From contig MU053513.1 in the NCBI GenBank assembly GCA_013239625.1, forward strand, positions 1,848,927 to 1,912,926: 64,000 nucleotides of DNA. Direction: 5' to 3'. Under the pieces are notes generated by a model that was not told the DNA's origin, did no database searches, and saw only the letters and a list, made by a program, of their open reading frames with translations. Source of the DNA: Lama guanicoe (Eukaryota). Each line of letters begins with the position of its first letter. The first letter of the stretch is position 1. Positions 24,246 through 35,113 of this stretch are shown in pieces. The position numbers were made by a program, and so were the translations under genes.

Positions 24246-25377
24246 CTTGGTTGTTGAATTTATTTAATAGATGTTAAGAGTGAAGGGTATAAAGTTTATT
24301 AAAATTAATATCTTCTTGTTATTTCCTAGTCATAAGTATGCAAAATAAGAAGGCATTTGGTATAGTATGTAAAGTTTTGGTATTTAATGAAATTAAATAA
24401 TCCATGATTAGAATCTATTTGAATTTTTAAAAAATACATAGTTTTTAGTTTTCTTCTTTCTCATGATTATACTATGATCCTCTCCAAGGATTGAATGATG
24501 TTATTGATCTATCTTGAATCACCAGAGCTTAGTGTAATGCCTGGCATTTAGGAGATAATCAAAATAGATTTGTTTTTAATAATGCTTGCCATTTATTAAA
24601 TATTTATGGTGTTTCAGCCACTCTACTGAAGTGCTTTACTAACATTTAATCCTCATTACAACCTGTGACTTAGGTCAAGTGGCTTGCCCAAAGTCATAAG
24701 CAAAGAAGTAGCAGGTATGGGACGCCAACTAAAGTCACTGTACCTTTATACTAGTGTTCTTAATCACTATGATATATTGTCTCATTGAATTCTTTTTAAA
24801 ACATACTTGGTCATATTGTTGTATTCTGTATACCTAACATAATTGGCACTTGGTGGTGTAATCCCTTAATCTCTTTCTCCCTTTCAAAATGTGTAATTTT
24901 TGAGGATGTATCTATGTAAGAGGGCTGCCAAAAATATTTATTCTGAGTTTAATCATTAAGGGGAGAAAATGAAGATAATTGTTCTAAAAAGGCACATTAT
25001 ATAAAACAGCTTTCCTGGACTCTTCAAAAAATTAGTGTTATGAGAGACAAAAAAGACTGATGAAGATTGAGAGAACATTACAACAAAATATAATGTGTAA
25101 TCCTTGGTTGGATCCTGGATTGGAGGAAATAATTTATAAGGAGTGATACTGGGACAATTGGGGAAATTTGGATAGGGAGTATATATTACATAATAGTATT
25201 GTATCAGTGTTAAATTTCTTGAATGTGATAACTACTGTAGTAATATGAAAGAATAACCTTGGTAGGAAATACATGGTAAAGTTTTTAAGGTTGAAGTCAT
25301 GCTATATGAAATAAACATGTGAGAGCTAAAGCAGGGAGAGGGAGTGCAGAGGTGGAAAGAGTTAATAATCAGTGAAT

Positions 25378-26220
25378 CAAATCAAAGCCACAATGAGATA
25401 CCACCTCACACCTGTCACCTCACACCTCACACTTTTGATGAGAATGGCTCTCATCAAAAAGAACAAATGTCGGCAAGGATGCAGAGAAAAGGGAACCCTC
25501 ATAAGCTGTTGTTGGAAATGTAAACCGCTGCAGCCACTGTGGAAAACAGTATAGAGGTTTCTCAAAAAACTAAAAATAGAACTACCGTATGACCCAGCAA
25601 TTCCACACCGGGGTATGTATCTGAAAAGAACAAAACACTAATTCAGAAAGATACATGCACCCCAATGTTCAGAGCAGCACTATTTACAATAGCCAAGATA
25701 TGGAAGTAACTTAAGAGTCCATCAACAGATGAGTGGATAAAGATGTGGTATGTGTGTGTGTGTATATATACATACACACACTCACACACAGAATGGAATA
25801 CTACTCAGCCGTAAAAAGAATGAAATTTTGCATGTGCAGCAACATGGATGGACTTGGAGGGTATTACGCCAAGTGAAATAAGTCAGAGAAATGTAAATAC
25901 TGTATAATATCACTATGTGATATCTAAAAAACACAACAAACTAGTGAATATAACAAGCAGACTTAAACATAGAGAACAGACTAGTGCTTATTGGTGGGGG
26001 AAGGGAAGGGGGCGGGGTAATGTAGGGTTGGGAATGAAGAGGTAGAAACTATTAGGTAGAAAATAAACTACAACAATATGTTGTACAACAGGGAATATTG
26101 TCAGTATTTTATAATAACTACAAATGGAGTATAACCTTTAAAAATTGTGAATCCCTATATTATATATCTGTAACATAATATTGTACCTAACTATACTTTG
26201 ATAAACAGTTAAGGAAAAAA
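25378..26220 (+). mobile_element. 5'-truncated L1 3' end inserted into an older L1ME-like 3' UTR (~24990-26310)
   Basis: aaatcaaagccacaatgagataccacctcacacc...gacccagcaattccac...gcagcaacatggatggacttggaggg; the host sequence gtgaatc(taggtgaa) resumes after it. Confidence 0.88.
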
Positions 26221-26944
26221 ATTGATGAATCTAGGTGAATGGTATAGGGATTCATTCTATTCTTAGAACTTCTATAGGGCTGAAAATTTTCAAAATAAAA
26301 AGGGGACAAAAAACAATTATTACCAACACTACACCTCCCCCACAACACACAACGCTTAAGAAGTTTAATCTCCCCTAATCCTCACATTAACTCCATTGCT
26401 CAGAAAGGTGTTGATTTTTGCATTGTAAAATTATGTATCTGGGTTAATTACAAAGTATTTATCCTAATACTCATATTCTGAATTATCACTAAACTACTTC
26501 TAGTTTTAAAATGTAGTTTAAGAAAGCATAGGATTTTAGAACCACTTAGAATCATTGAACTTAATAAGGCAAAATGGGAAAACTATATACCTTTACACGG
26601 TAATCATAAAATACTTATTTTTGCATCAGTTTAACTCCCACAGCTTGTGACATCTTTAGTGATCTTTTGTCAGTTCATTAGGATAGCATACTGCCAACAC
26701 CAGCTCTTCCAAACCTTGCCCTTCTCTTGGCTGCAGTCAATTATCTTACTCCTCTTTTGCTAAAATTGAGGAGGTATAAGCTCTTATCTTCCTTCTGTTG
26801 CCACCTCTTAAAATTTGGCATCCTCTCTTTCTAGATTAGAAAAGAAGCCCTTCTAGTTCCCTCTCTGACTTCCTCTCTTCCCCCATGAATGAATTTATTC
26901 ATTCACTGTACTTTTCATGCCCTTTCACTTCCCTCTGTACATTT

Positions 26945-27380
26945 TTTTAATCAAAAAAAATTTAATTGAAGTATTGTTGATATACAATATTACAGATTAT
27001 AGGTTATAAGTGTATCATATAGCGATTCACAATTTTTCAAGATTATAATTATTATAAAATATTGGCAATATTCCCTGTGTTGTACAATGTATTGTAGCTT
27101 ATTTTATACCTAATAGTTTATACTTCTCAATCCCCAACCCTATATTGCCCCTCCCCCTTCCCTCTTCCAACCAATAACCACTCGTTTGTTCTCTATATTT
27201 GTGTCTACTTCTTTTTTGTGATATTCACTCATTTGTTGATTTCACAATAAGTGATATCATACAGTATTTGTCTTTCTCCATCTGACTTATTTCACTTAGC
27301 ATAATACCCTCCAAGTCCATCCATGTTGCTGCAAATGGCAAAAATTCATTCTTTTTATGGCTGAGTAGTAGTCCATTTTG
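26945..27380 (-). mobile_element. L1 3' end, same type as the 25378 copy, followed by a (TG)n/(CG)n tract
   Basis: ctgacttatttcacttagcataataccctccaagtccatccatgttgctgcaaatggc. Confidence 0.9.
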
Positions 27381-27648
27381 TGTGTGTGTGTGTGCGCGCG
27401 CACGTGTGCACATGCACATATACTTATACCTCAGCACACTTTAAAGGAAAGTATCCATCCATAGACTTTCTCCAACTTTCCCTCTTTACATGCACCTTCC
27501 CCTGCCTTTAAACTTGCTAAATCTTCCCCTAATGACAGGGAGAAGATAAGGGAAATGAATATAGTCTAGACCAATCTGCCCCATGGGCCATGCCTGTTTC
27601 TTCACTTCTCTTTTATTGACAAACTTCTTACTTGATTGGTCTATACTG

Positions 27649-28267
27649 TGTTACCAAACCAAACTTGGTCTGTTAGCATGGACTCAGTAAAGCCAATCTA
27701 CTGACACTGGGCTGTGGTGAAGGAAAGTGCAGCATTTATTGTAAGGCGCCAGACAAGGAGTCCAGGGGAGCTACTGCTCAAAACACCCAAACTTCCTTGA
27801 TGGCTTTCAAGAAGGCATTTTTATAGGCAAAATTTGCGGGGAGGGCTGCAGGGTATGTAACCCTCCTCTAATTGGTTGGTGGTGAGGTAACAGGGAGATG
27901 TTTCAGGAATCTCAATCATCAGCCTTCTGGTTCCAACGACTCTGAGGTCCAGTGCTCGTCCTCAGCCTAAAATTACTGTCCTCCACCTGGGTTCCCATAG
28001 AAGAACTCAGAGATTTGTATCAAATTGTTGTACATATCCTACTAGAAGGAACCGGGACACTGCCTTGAGGCTGCACTGTTGTTTCTTGGCTGCTCCTCCT
28101 TTGCTTCTGCATTCCTTCACTTCTCTGATTATCAACTGTTTGAATCTGCCCTTTGGAACTCTGGGAAAACCTACAAGGCTGAATGAGGCCTGTTTCCTAC
28201 AAACCAGAAACCAGGGACACAAAAGGATTTGTACCTGCAAGGCCCCACAGTGTCCTGCTCGATTTCA
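27649..28267 (-). mobile_element. Apparently full-length ERV1-class solo LTR (MER41-like, artiodactyl type)
   Basis: TGTT...TTCA termini; on the minus strand CCAAT (27871-27875), TATAAAA (27819-27825) and AATAAA (27735-27740) occur in LTR order; no clear TSD. Confidence 0.8.
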
Positions 28268-29196
28268 CCCTTTGCTTCCACTTCACTGTTCCGTTCTTTA
28301 CTTTTCGAATCTATCTGGCTTTTACTGTTGCCACTCTGATCAAAAAATGTTTTTCCTCAAAAAAAAGCTTTTCCTCTTACATAACCTATTAACAACCATT
28401 ACTATTTTCATAACAAATTTTGGAGTATCATATGTAGTTAATTATATCAGAAAAATGCAAATTCCTTGTATTTTGAAGCTACTACCTTAACTCTCAAAGG
28501 AAGATGATTGGTTTGAATACACTTATCATTTTGAAGGATTGTAAGTAAGGAGGTTAGGTAAGAAACTTTTCCTAGGGAAAAAAATGGGCTATAATTCAAG
28601 AGTATTTTATTAATAACACAACCACTAATAATCACTACTGATCTTGAGTCCTTAGCAAGGGTCAGGCACTGGGCTAAACGTGTTTACAAGCAGATTAATG
28701 TGCCCAGGTACATACAACTATCCAGTGTTTTAGAATTCAAATCCAGATCTGTCTGATTCCAAAACCTATGCTTCTCTTGGAAGTCACAAGTAAATTTCCA
28801 ATTAGAAAATCCAGTGATTTTCTCAGTCACAGCCTTATCCTGAAACTTCCCTCCTTAAAGCTGCATGGTGCTGCATTTTGTCAAATTTTTCCCTTCTGCA
28901 TATCTGCCTACTGTGCCTTTTCTTTATTACTCTTATTCTGGATATTTAATGATAAATCTCTGTTTTCCTACCTTTGTAAATACATATTCTCTTATTTAGA
29001 GAGTTCATTCACTCCCTTGCTTTCAACATCACTTCTTTTAAAATGATTCTTAAGTATATTCACTTCCCTAGTGCCTCTTACAAATTCTAGTCTCAAATTT
29101 CTAACTGTTGAATGTACCTACTTACACGTCAGTCACCTAAAACTTGAACAATTTGAAAAGCAATATAGTCATTAGCAATAAGGGATCCAGAGTCAG

Positions 29197-29708
29197 TGTC
29201 TCAGTTACTTTTGCTATAGTGATGCTATGAACAACCACAAAAGGTAGTATACAAGAACATTTATTTATTTTTACAAGTCTGGGAAATTCAGCTAATCAGG
29301 ACTTGGCTGATCTCATTGGGCTCAGTCCTCACTCCTGTATCCGTAGTCAGCTGTGTGGTGTGGCCAGGCAGGTCTCTGGTCTTGGCTGGGCTCACTTATT
29401 TGTCCAGGGTTGGGTTGATCCAGGATGACTTCTACTGAGATGACTGCAGCAAATTGGTTCTGTTTCTTGTGTCCTTCAACAGACTAACCCAGGCGTGTTC
29501 TCTTGGCTGTGGCAGAGGAGCAAATCATTTTCAAGTCCCTGCATGAGTCCTATCTGCTAACGTTTCACCGACCACAGCAGAATAACTCAGAATCAAGGGA
29601 GGAGGGATTATATTCTACTTTTAATAAGAAGAACTGCAAAGTCCTGTGGCAAAAGACGTGGATACAGAGAGATGTGAACGATAAGGCCATTAATGCAATC
29701 AGTCTACA
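29197..29708 (-). mobile_element. MLT1F/G/H-like MaLR LTR
   Basis: tgtctcagttacttttgct...aacatttattt...gaagaactgcaaagtc...aatgcaatcagtctaca. Confidence 0.7.
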
Positions 29709-29861
29709 GTGCTTAAACTACTTATATTGAATATGGGGTCTTCAACTTACTAGCTGCATGACCTTGGCAATTTCTCCCACCTCAGTTTCCTCATCTGCAA
29801 AATGAGTGTCTGTCCCCTTGGGCTGTTGTGAAACTAAATGCTTAAAAGGATATAAAGTACA

Positions 29862-30172
29862 AATGACAAAAATGATCTTATATACAAATCAGAAACAGAC
29901 TCAGACATAGAAAACAAACTTATGTTTTCAAAGTGGAAAGGAGGGGGAGGGATAAATTAGGAGTTTAGAATTTTCAGATATTAACTATTATATATAAAAT
30001 GAGTAAACAACAAGATCCTACTGTACTGCACAGGGAACTAGATTCAATATTTTGTAATAACCTGTAATGAAAAAGAATATGAAAAAGAATATATATGTAT
30101 AACTGAATCACTATGCTGTACACCAGAAACTAATACAACATTGTAAGTCAACTATATTTCAATAAAATTTAA
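29862..30172 (+). mobile_element. Short artiodactyl-type L1 3' end inserted into a MIR
   Basis: gaaacagactcagacatagaaaacaaac...actgaatcactatgctgtacaccagaaac; near TSD ending AAAGTACA on both sides; MIR core cctcagtttcctcatctgcaaaatg upstream. Confidence 0.88.
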
Positions 30173-30659
30173 AAAAGGTACAAAGTACAGAGCAAGTGTA
30201 CAGTATCTCTCTCCCCAGTTTTGGGTGCATATAACATGTCCTGCCAGAAGCATAATCCTACAGTGCTTTTCACATGTTTCCAGAGGCAGAAAGTCTGGGA
30301 CGCCAGTCCAACCCTCTGTATGGCTCTAAATGCTAAGTAGATAATGACTTTCACAATTCATGTCTGAGTGTTTGGCAATATTATGGAGGCACAATTATTT
30401 ATGATAGCAACTATTCAGGTGTAGATTTATCAGACAAGCCCTTTGAGTTTAAGTTCTAATTCTCTGTCTCTCACGGGTGTGAAGTTCTGCTGCGGGACCT
30501 GTGGACACTGAAGTCTGAGACTGTTCATGTGCATAACAGCAGGTGTCATTCTCCAGCAGTAAAGTCATGCTGCTACTCAGGTTGAAGATGATCTTTTGGA
30601 AGTGAAACAAAGAACCTTGAAACTTATTAGTTTTAAATGAGGATTTGTTATTTTTCATA

Positions 30660-31058
30660 GTTCCCTGGGTGGTCTAGGTGGTTCTTCTCCATGTGGTGTT
30701 GTCTGGAGTCACTCATGAGGCTGCACTGAGCTGGCAGATATGCTGAGACCAAGAAGTTTTCTAATATAACTGGGGTTTTGGTGCTGACTGCATTTATCTC
30801 CATCAGGGCCTTTCTCTACAGGATCTCCTCTCCCAGGGCCACGTGGCTTCTCTCCGTAGAAGGAAAGCCTGATTTTCCTTACTGCCTGGCAGCTGCGTTC
30901 CAAGCAGGTGAAAGAAAATGCTGCAGGCTTCTAAAGAGTTGGGACTGGAGCTGGCACAGTTATCATTTCTGCCATCTTCTATTGGGAGAGAACCACACAA
31001 GGGCTTGCATACCAGCAGGCATAGTTCATCAGGTGACACCAATATAGCTGTCTACCAC
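30660..31058 (-). mobile_element. Old MLT1H/I/J-like MaLR LTR
   Basis: ggttcttctccatgtgg...gagctggcacagttatcatttctgccatcttctattgg...tctaccac. Confidence 0.65.
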
Positions 31059-32261
31059 GTTTGATCAGCCTGGTGAAGCAAAGAGAAGGAAGCAGGAGGA
31101 GTCACACAATATTTGCATCAACTCTTCTCTCTGTAGAATGTTTTTCCCACCCTCTGCCTAACTCCTAAATACAGGTCTCATTCAGCCTAAATGTTACTTT
31201 TTCAGGAAGTCCTCCCTTTTCCTTCTACCCAGACAAAAGACCTTAGAACATGTACTTTGGGGCATATTTTCATAGTGACCTGTACTTTCATTCATGGTAC
31301 TTATCGGTTTGATATGCAGTGCTTGTATGGTTGCTTCTTGAATGACAGTCTCCCTGCTTAGACTATAGGCTGTGGAGGAGTAAGGTCTATACTTGCTTTG
31401 TTCACTACTGTACCTCCAGCACCTTGTGCAGCTCCTGGCATCTTTCTTGAAAGAATGAATGGATGAACTACATCAGTGGTTTTCTAAGTGTGTTCTGATG
31501 CTTAAGTGCCATGGTAGGGGACTGAGGGAGAGGTCAGTGCATGTCCATTTCCAGGTCATTTTATTTAGGTTAAATATTTGATTCTAGCATAAGAGTGTAA
31601 AAGGAAAGCCAGTGCTTCAGAAAATATCGTACAATCCCCTGAATTAGATGATCTTGAAGTCTCCTCCATTTTCACTATTCTATGATCCTAAACAAAAATA
31701 ACAAAGCTCATATAGGCATATATCATAATTAGAGAGTGGCCTTCACCAGTGAGATAGCTCTTTTTCCAAGAGCAAGGGAGCTCCTTTCTCCTTTTCTTAA
31801 TTACAGACCTGAGGGGTTTTTATCCCTTTCTACTCGGCTAGGATCTACCCCCAGGCAGAGAGTTTTCTCTCCATGGCTACCTTCTTTAGCATCAATGAAA
31901 TGGTCCTCTCCTTTCACCCTTTAGTACTTGCTCCAAAGAACCTAGAGTGCAGCCACTTGGGGCTACTTGTAGTTCCCCTCTCACATTCTCACATATTCTC
32001 ATTCATGTGGTTCCCTCAGCTGAGAATGGTCTTTTTTCTGTGCTTTGCAAAGTCCTGTTGTGACCCAAATGTGAACCCTTGCTAAAAACCTTTCCCAAGG
32101 CCTCCTCTGTTCCCACGATACTTTAACTGATATCTCCATATAGAACGTTCTGCAGCTCAAACTTGGGCAAGTTACTTAATCTATGCCTATTTTCACATTT
32201 AAAAAAAATCGTCAATAGTGTTAAACATGCTGAGTTTTCCAGAAAGTAGACTCTTACATGA

Positions 32262-32645
32262 TTAGTGTGCATATTTATTAGGGGATGCTCTTAGGATCAT
32301 CACTTGTGAGAGGGATGGGAAGAACTGGGCAGAGGGAGAAGTCGAGCTGTGATGCAGTCTTGATGGGATGCAGGTCATTCTGGAAGTGCGACGATCCATC
32401 AGAATTGTCTCAAGTTTAGGTGAAAGGGCTGGGCCTTCCAACAATTTTGAGAGAGGTATTGGTGCTGTGTTGATGTCACTGAATTTGCCTCCTTGAGAAG
32501 GGGTGTGACATTGGGCAATGCCAGAAGCAGAAGGCGGGTGACAGCTGATGGCTCTGGCTCTCTGGGAGCAATACTCTTGGCCACTCGGGTAGTAAGTCCC
32601 TCATTCCTGAAGGCGATCTGAGAAGTACGTTTCAATGCCTACCAC
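32262..32645 (-). mobile_element. LTR16-like ERVL LTR
   Basis: tttattaggggatgctcttaggatca...ctgggcagagggagaagtcgagctgtgatgcag. Confidence 0.65.
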
Positions 32646-33120
32646 TAACAGTTATCTATCTCAGGATTATTGGAAGCCTAAAATAGGGCAGGGTATTAAA
32701 AAATACATAGCATACTGCCTGGAACATAGGACTCAAGAAGAGATCATTGTTATGGTAAGTGTAAGCAAAACTTGTCTCTATAAGCATAGCGAGCAAAGTA
32801 AGGGAACCTTGTTTTGTTTATTTTTTGTCTCTAGTCCTAGCATAGGGCCTGGAACTAATCAGATTCAATAAAGGCTTGTTGATGTGTTAATATAAAAATA
32901 TACCTGCCACCCTTAGTCTCCAACAGAAGTTATTTTGAGTTGAACTCTGAACTAAAACAAATAGAAAATGCCACTGCAACCATTTAATAACTTTTATTAG
33001 CAAAATAACAGGAGGCACACATCCACTTGCCTGAAAAAAAGTTCCAAAGACAGTTGTAAAACGAAAGCAACGAAGCAGTACTGGACGACTGCAGAACTTC
33101 AGTTAAAAATGGCTTTTTGA

Positions 33121-33280
33121 GGGGAGGGTATAGCTCAGTTGGTAGAGTGCATGCTAAGCATGCATGAAGTCTTGGGTTCAATCCCCAGTACTTCCTCTAG
33201 GAATAAATAAATAAACCTAATTACCTCCCCCAGCCAAAAAAAAAGAAAAAAAAAGGAAAGAAAAAACAACAAAAAACAAA
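33121..33280 (+). mobile_element. Camelid-type tRNA-derived SINE, about 0.8 kb upstream of the CpG island
   Basis: ggggagggtatagctcagttggtagag...gggttcaatcccc...cctaattacctcccc plus long A-rich tail. Confidence 0.93.
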
Positions 33281-33459
33281 CCGGCTTCTACAACTGGGTT
33301 TGATATTTTTGGAATAGAATCTTTGAATTGTAGATATGGAAGGAGATTTAGCTCGGCTTTTCCAAAGCTCTTTAACAGTGACGTTGTCAATGGAACTATC
33401 AACCCAGAGTAAGTACTTAACCTCCATCAGTACGTGTTGCACCTTTATTTTCCTGCATG

Positions 33460-33910
33460 TTCAACATAGTTCATTGATATGATTTAACAGAGGATCTATT
33501 AAACAGTCCTTTGTGCCAGACAGGTCTGTGGACACAGCAAGGGGCAAAAGTTACAAAGTTCCTGTCTTTAAGGATCCCACATTCTTGGTGGCAGGGGACA
33601 AACAAGGTCTGGAAATGGTAACTGTCATGAAGAACTGTGAGCAAGTAACGATACAGTAAGAGCGTTGGTGCAAAAGTACTCTTTTAGATAGAATGGTCTG
33701 GGAAGCCTCAGATGTTGACCTTTGGGAAGGGACCTGAAATACGCGTTGAACATCCACGACTTAAATCTGGAGGAAGTGTTCTAGCCAGAGGGAACAGCAA
33801 GCGCAAAGTCCTGAAGCAGACTGAGCGTGCGTGTTGTAGGACAACCGGAAAGCAAGAGGTGAGCGAGGGGGCTAAGTGATTGGAGATGAAGTAGGCAGGA
33901 GCATATACAA
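33460..33910 (-). mobile_element. L2 fragment abutting the promoter
   Basis: tgtgccagaca...ggaagcctcagatgttgacctttg...cagagggaacagcaagcgcaaagtcctga. Confidence 0.7.
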
Positions 33911-34189
33911 TACACACACTCATACTTTTCTACCTTAGACCACACTGCTAAGGAAGACAGGGTGTACAATCCCTCAAGGGGCACAATGGGATGAGGATTT
34001 CCAACAGCGGAGGTACAGGGACGCTTTTCCTCCGTGGGTAGGGCCCAGTTATACTGGGCAGGGGATGGACTGCGTCCTGCTCTCAGAAGTCCAACCCTTG
34101 CCCAGGGGCGGGAGCGGACTGCGGGGGCGGACCTCGACAGCCCCCGGCGCGCCGGCGCTGCATCGGCCGCGGTTACCAGCAGGCGGTGT

Positions 34190-34441
34190 CGTGAGCGCGC
34201 CTGCAGCCACCGCCGCCCGCCCGTCCCAGCGAGGAGGAGAAAGGAGGGGACCGGAAGGAGCCGCTGGTGCTGCGGGAAGTGGCAGGAACGGGAGGCGGGG
34301 ACCCACCTGGAAGCGCCGCGGCGCCGCTGTCGAGCTTCCTGCGGCGGCGGCCTCCCGAGCCAGTGCGGTGGTGGGGGCGGAGAGCGGCCACGGCGGCGGC
34401 GCCTCCCGGAGTGGCCTGCAGCGCCCGACCTCACGCGAAAG
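34190..34441 (+). other. ZZZ3: Candidate upstream non-coding first exon of ZZZ3 (start approximate)
   Basis: GC-rich segment downstream of GC boxes (~34105-34131), ending in the strong donor AAG|gtgagc at 34442. Confidence 0.6.
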
Positions 34442-35039
34442 GTGAGCAGGCGCTCGGGGCACGTGGTGGGGGCCAGATGCGGGGGAGGGAGAATGGAGGA
34501 GGAGGGAGTCTAGGGACGATCGGCTCTGGGACCCGGATTTGGAACGGAGTGCTAGGAGGGGGTGGGCTGGAGGCAGTGGCGGCGACGGCAGCGACGGCGA
34601 AGCCCCCACGTGGGGCGGGGGTGCGCGCGCACGTGTGCGCGGGCAAAAGGGGGGCGGGGAGGGCTCTGAGGATTGCGTCGGGCGCGCGCCCGCTCAGTAG
34701 CGGTCCACGTGACCGGCACGCTGAGAATCCGCTTCCACGTGACAGTCTGGGAGGCTGGCCGAGGCAGTGAGATATGTGTCTCTGTAATGTAACCTTGGTC
34801 GTCGGAGATTTTTTTAGCGTTGTTTACCACTTTTTATGTCGGCTTGGAGGGTATGAAGAGAAATAGAAGGCGAAAAAGACTTTCTGCTCTTTCTCTGTTA
34901 TTCACGTTCTCTTCGTTAATGAAGCACTTGTTAAGTGCCGCAATACCGATTTCTCTGCACCGCCATGTTAGTTCTAGAGGAAACTCGCGAGATGCTACTG
35001 GGTTTGTATCGCGAGATCTCCCGATTCTCGCGGGACCTT

Positions 35040-35113
35040 GTTGGCAGAGCAGTTGTCCTGGATGGCGGAGCCTTGGGTTCCGGGGGCCTGGGACTCGCAA
35101 CTCTTTCTACAAG
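35040..35113 (+). other. ZZZ3: Candidate downstream non-coding first exon of ZZZ3 with a GC donor
   Basis: Begins right after three CGCG elements and ends at AAG|gcaagt; resembles my recollection of the human ZZZ3 mRNA 5' end. Confidence 0.65.

Noticed and set aside
27392..27410. GTGCGCGCGCACGTGTGC shared with the promoter at 34621
   Set aside because: This copy is part of a (TG)n/(CG)n microsatellite at an L1 end; convergence of simple sequence is sufficient explanation
25372..27437. ORFs with L1 ORF2-like peptides (also 17829, 53854, 60533-62984)
   Set aside because: Short fragments of decayed L1 copies; no intact ORF1 or ORF2
27649..28267. STAT1 GAS sites in the MER41-like LTR
   Set aside because: Manual scan found no perfect TTCNNNGAA, only near misses such as CTCTGGGAA and TTCCTTGAT, so an interferon-inducible enhancer is not supported
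30280..30660. Non-repeat-looking intergenic segment with a 69-aa minus ORF, considered as a processed pseudogene
   Set aside because: No recognisable parent protein, poly(A) tail or TSD
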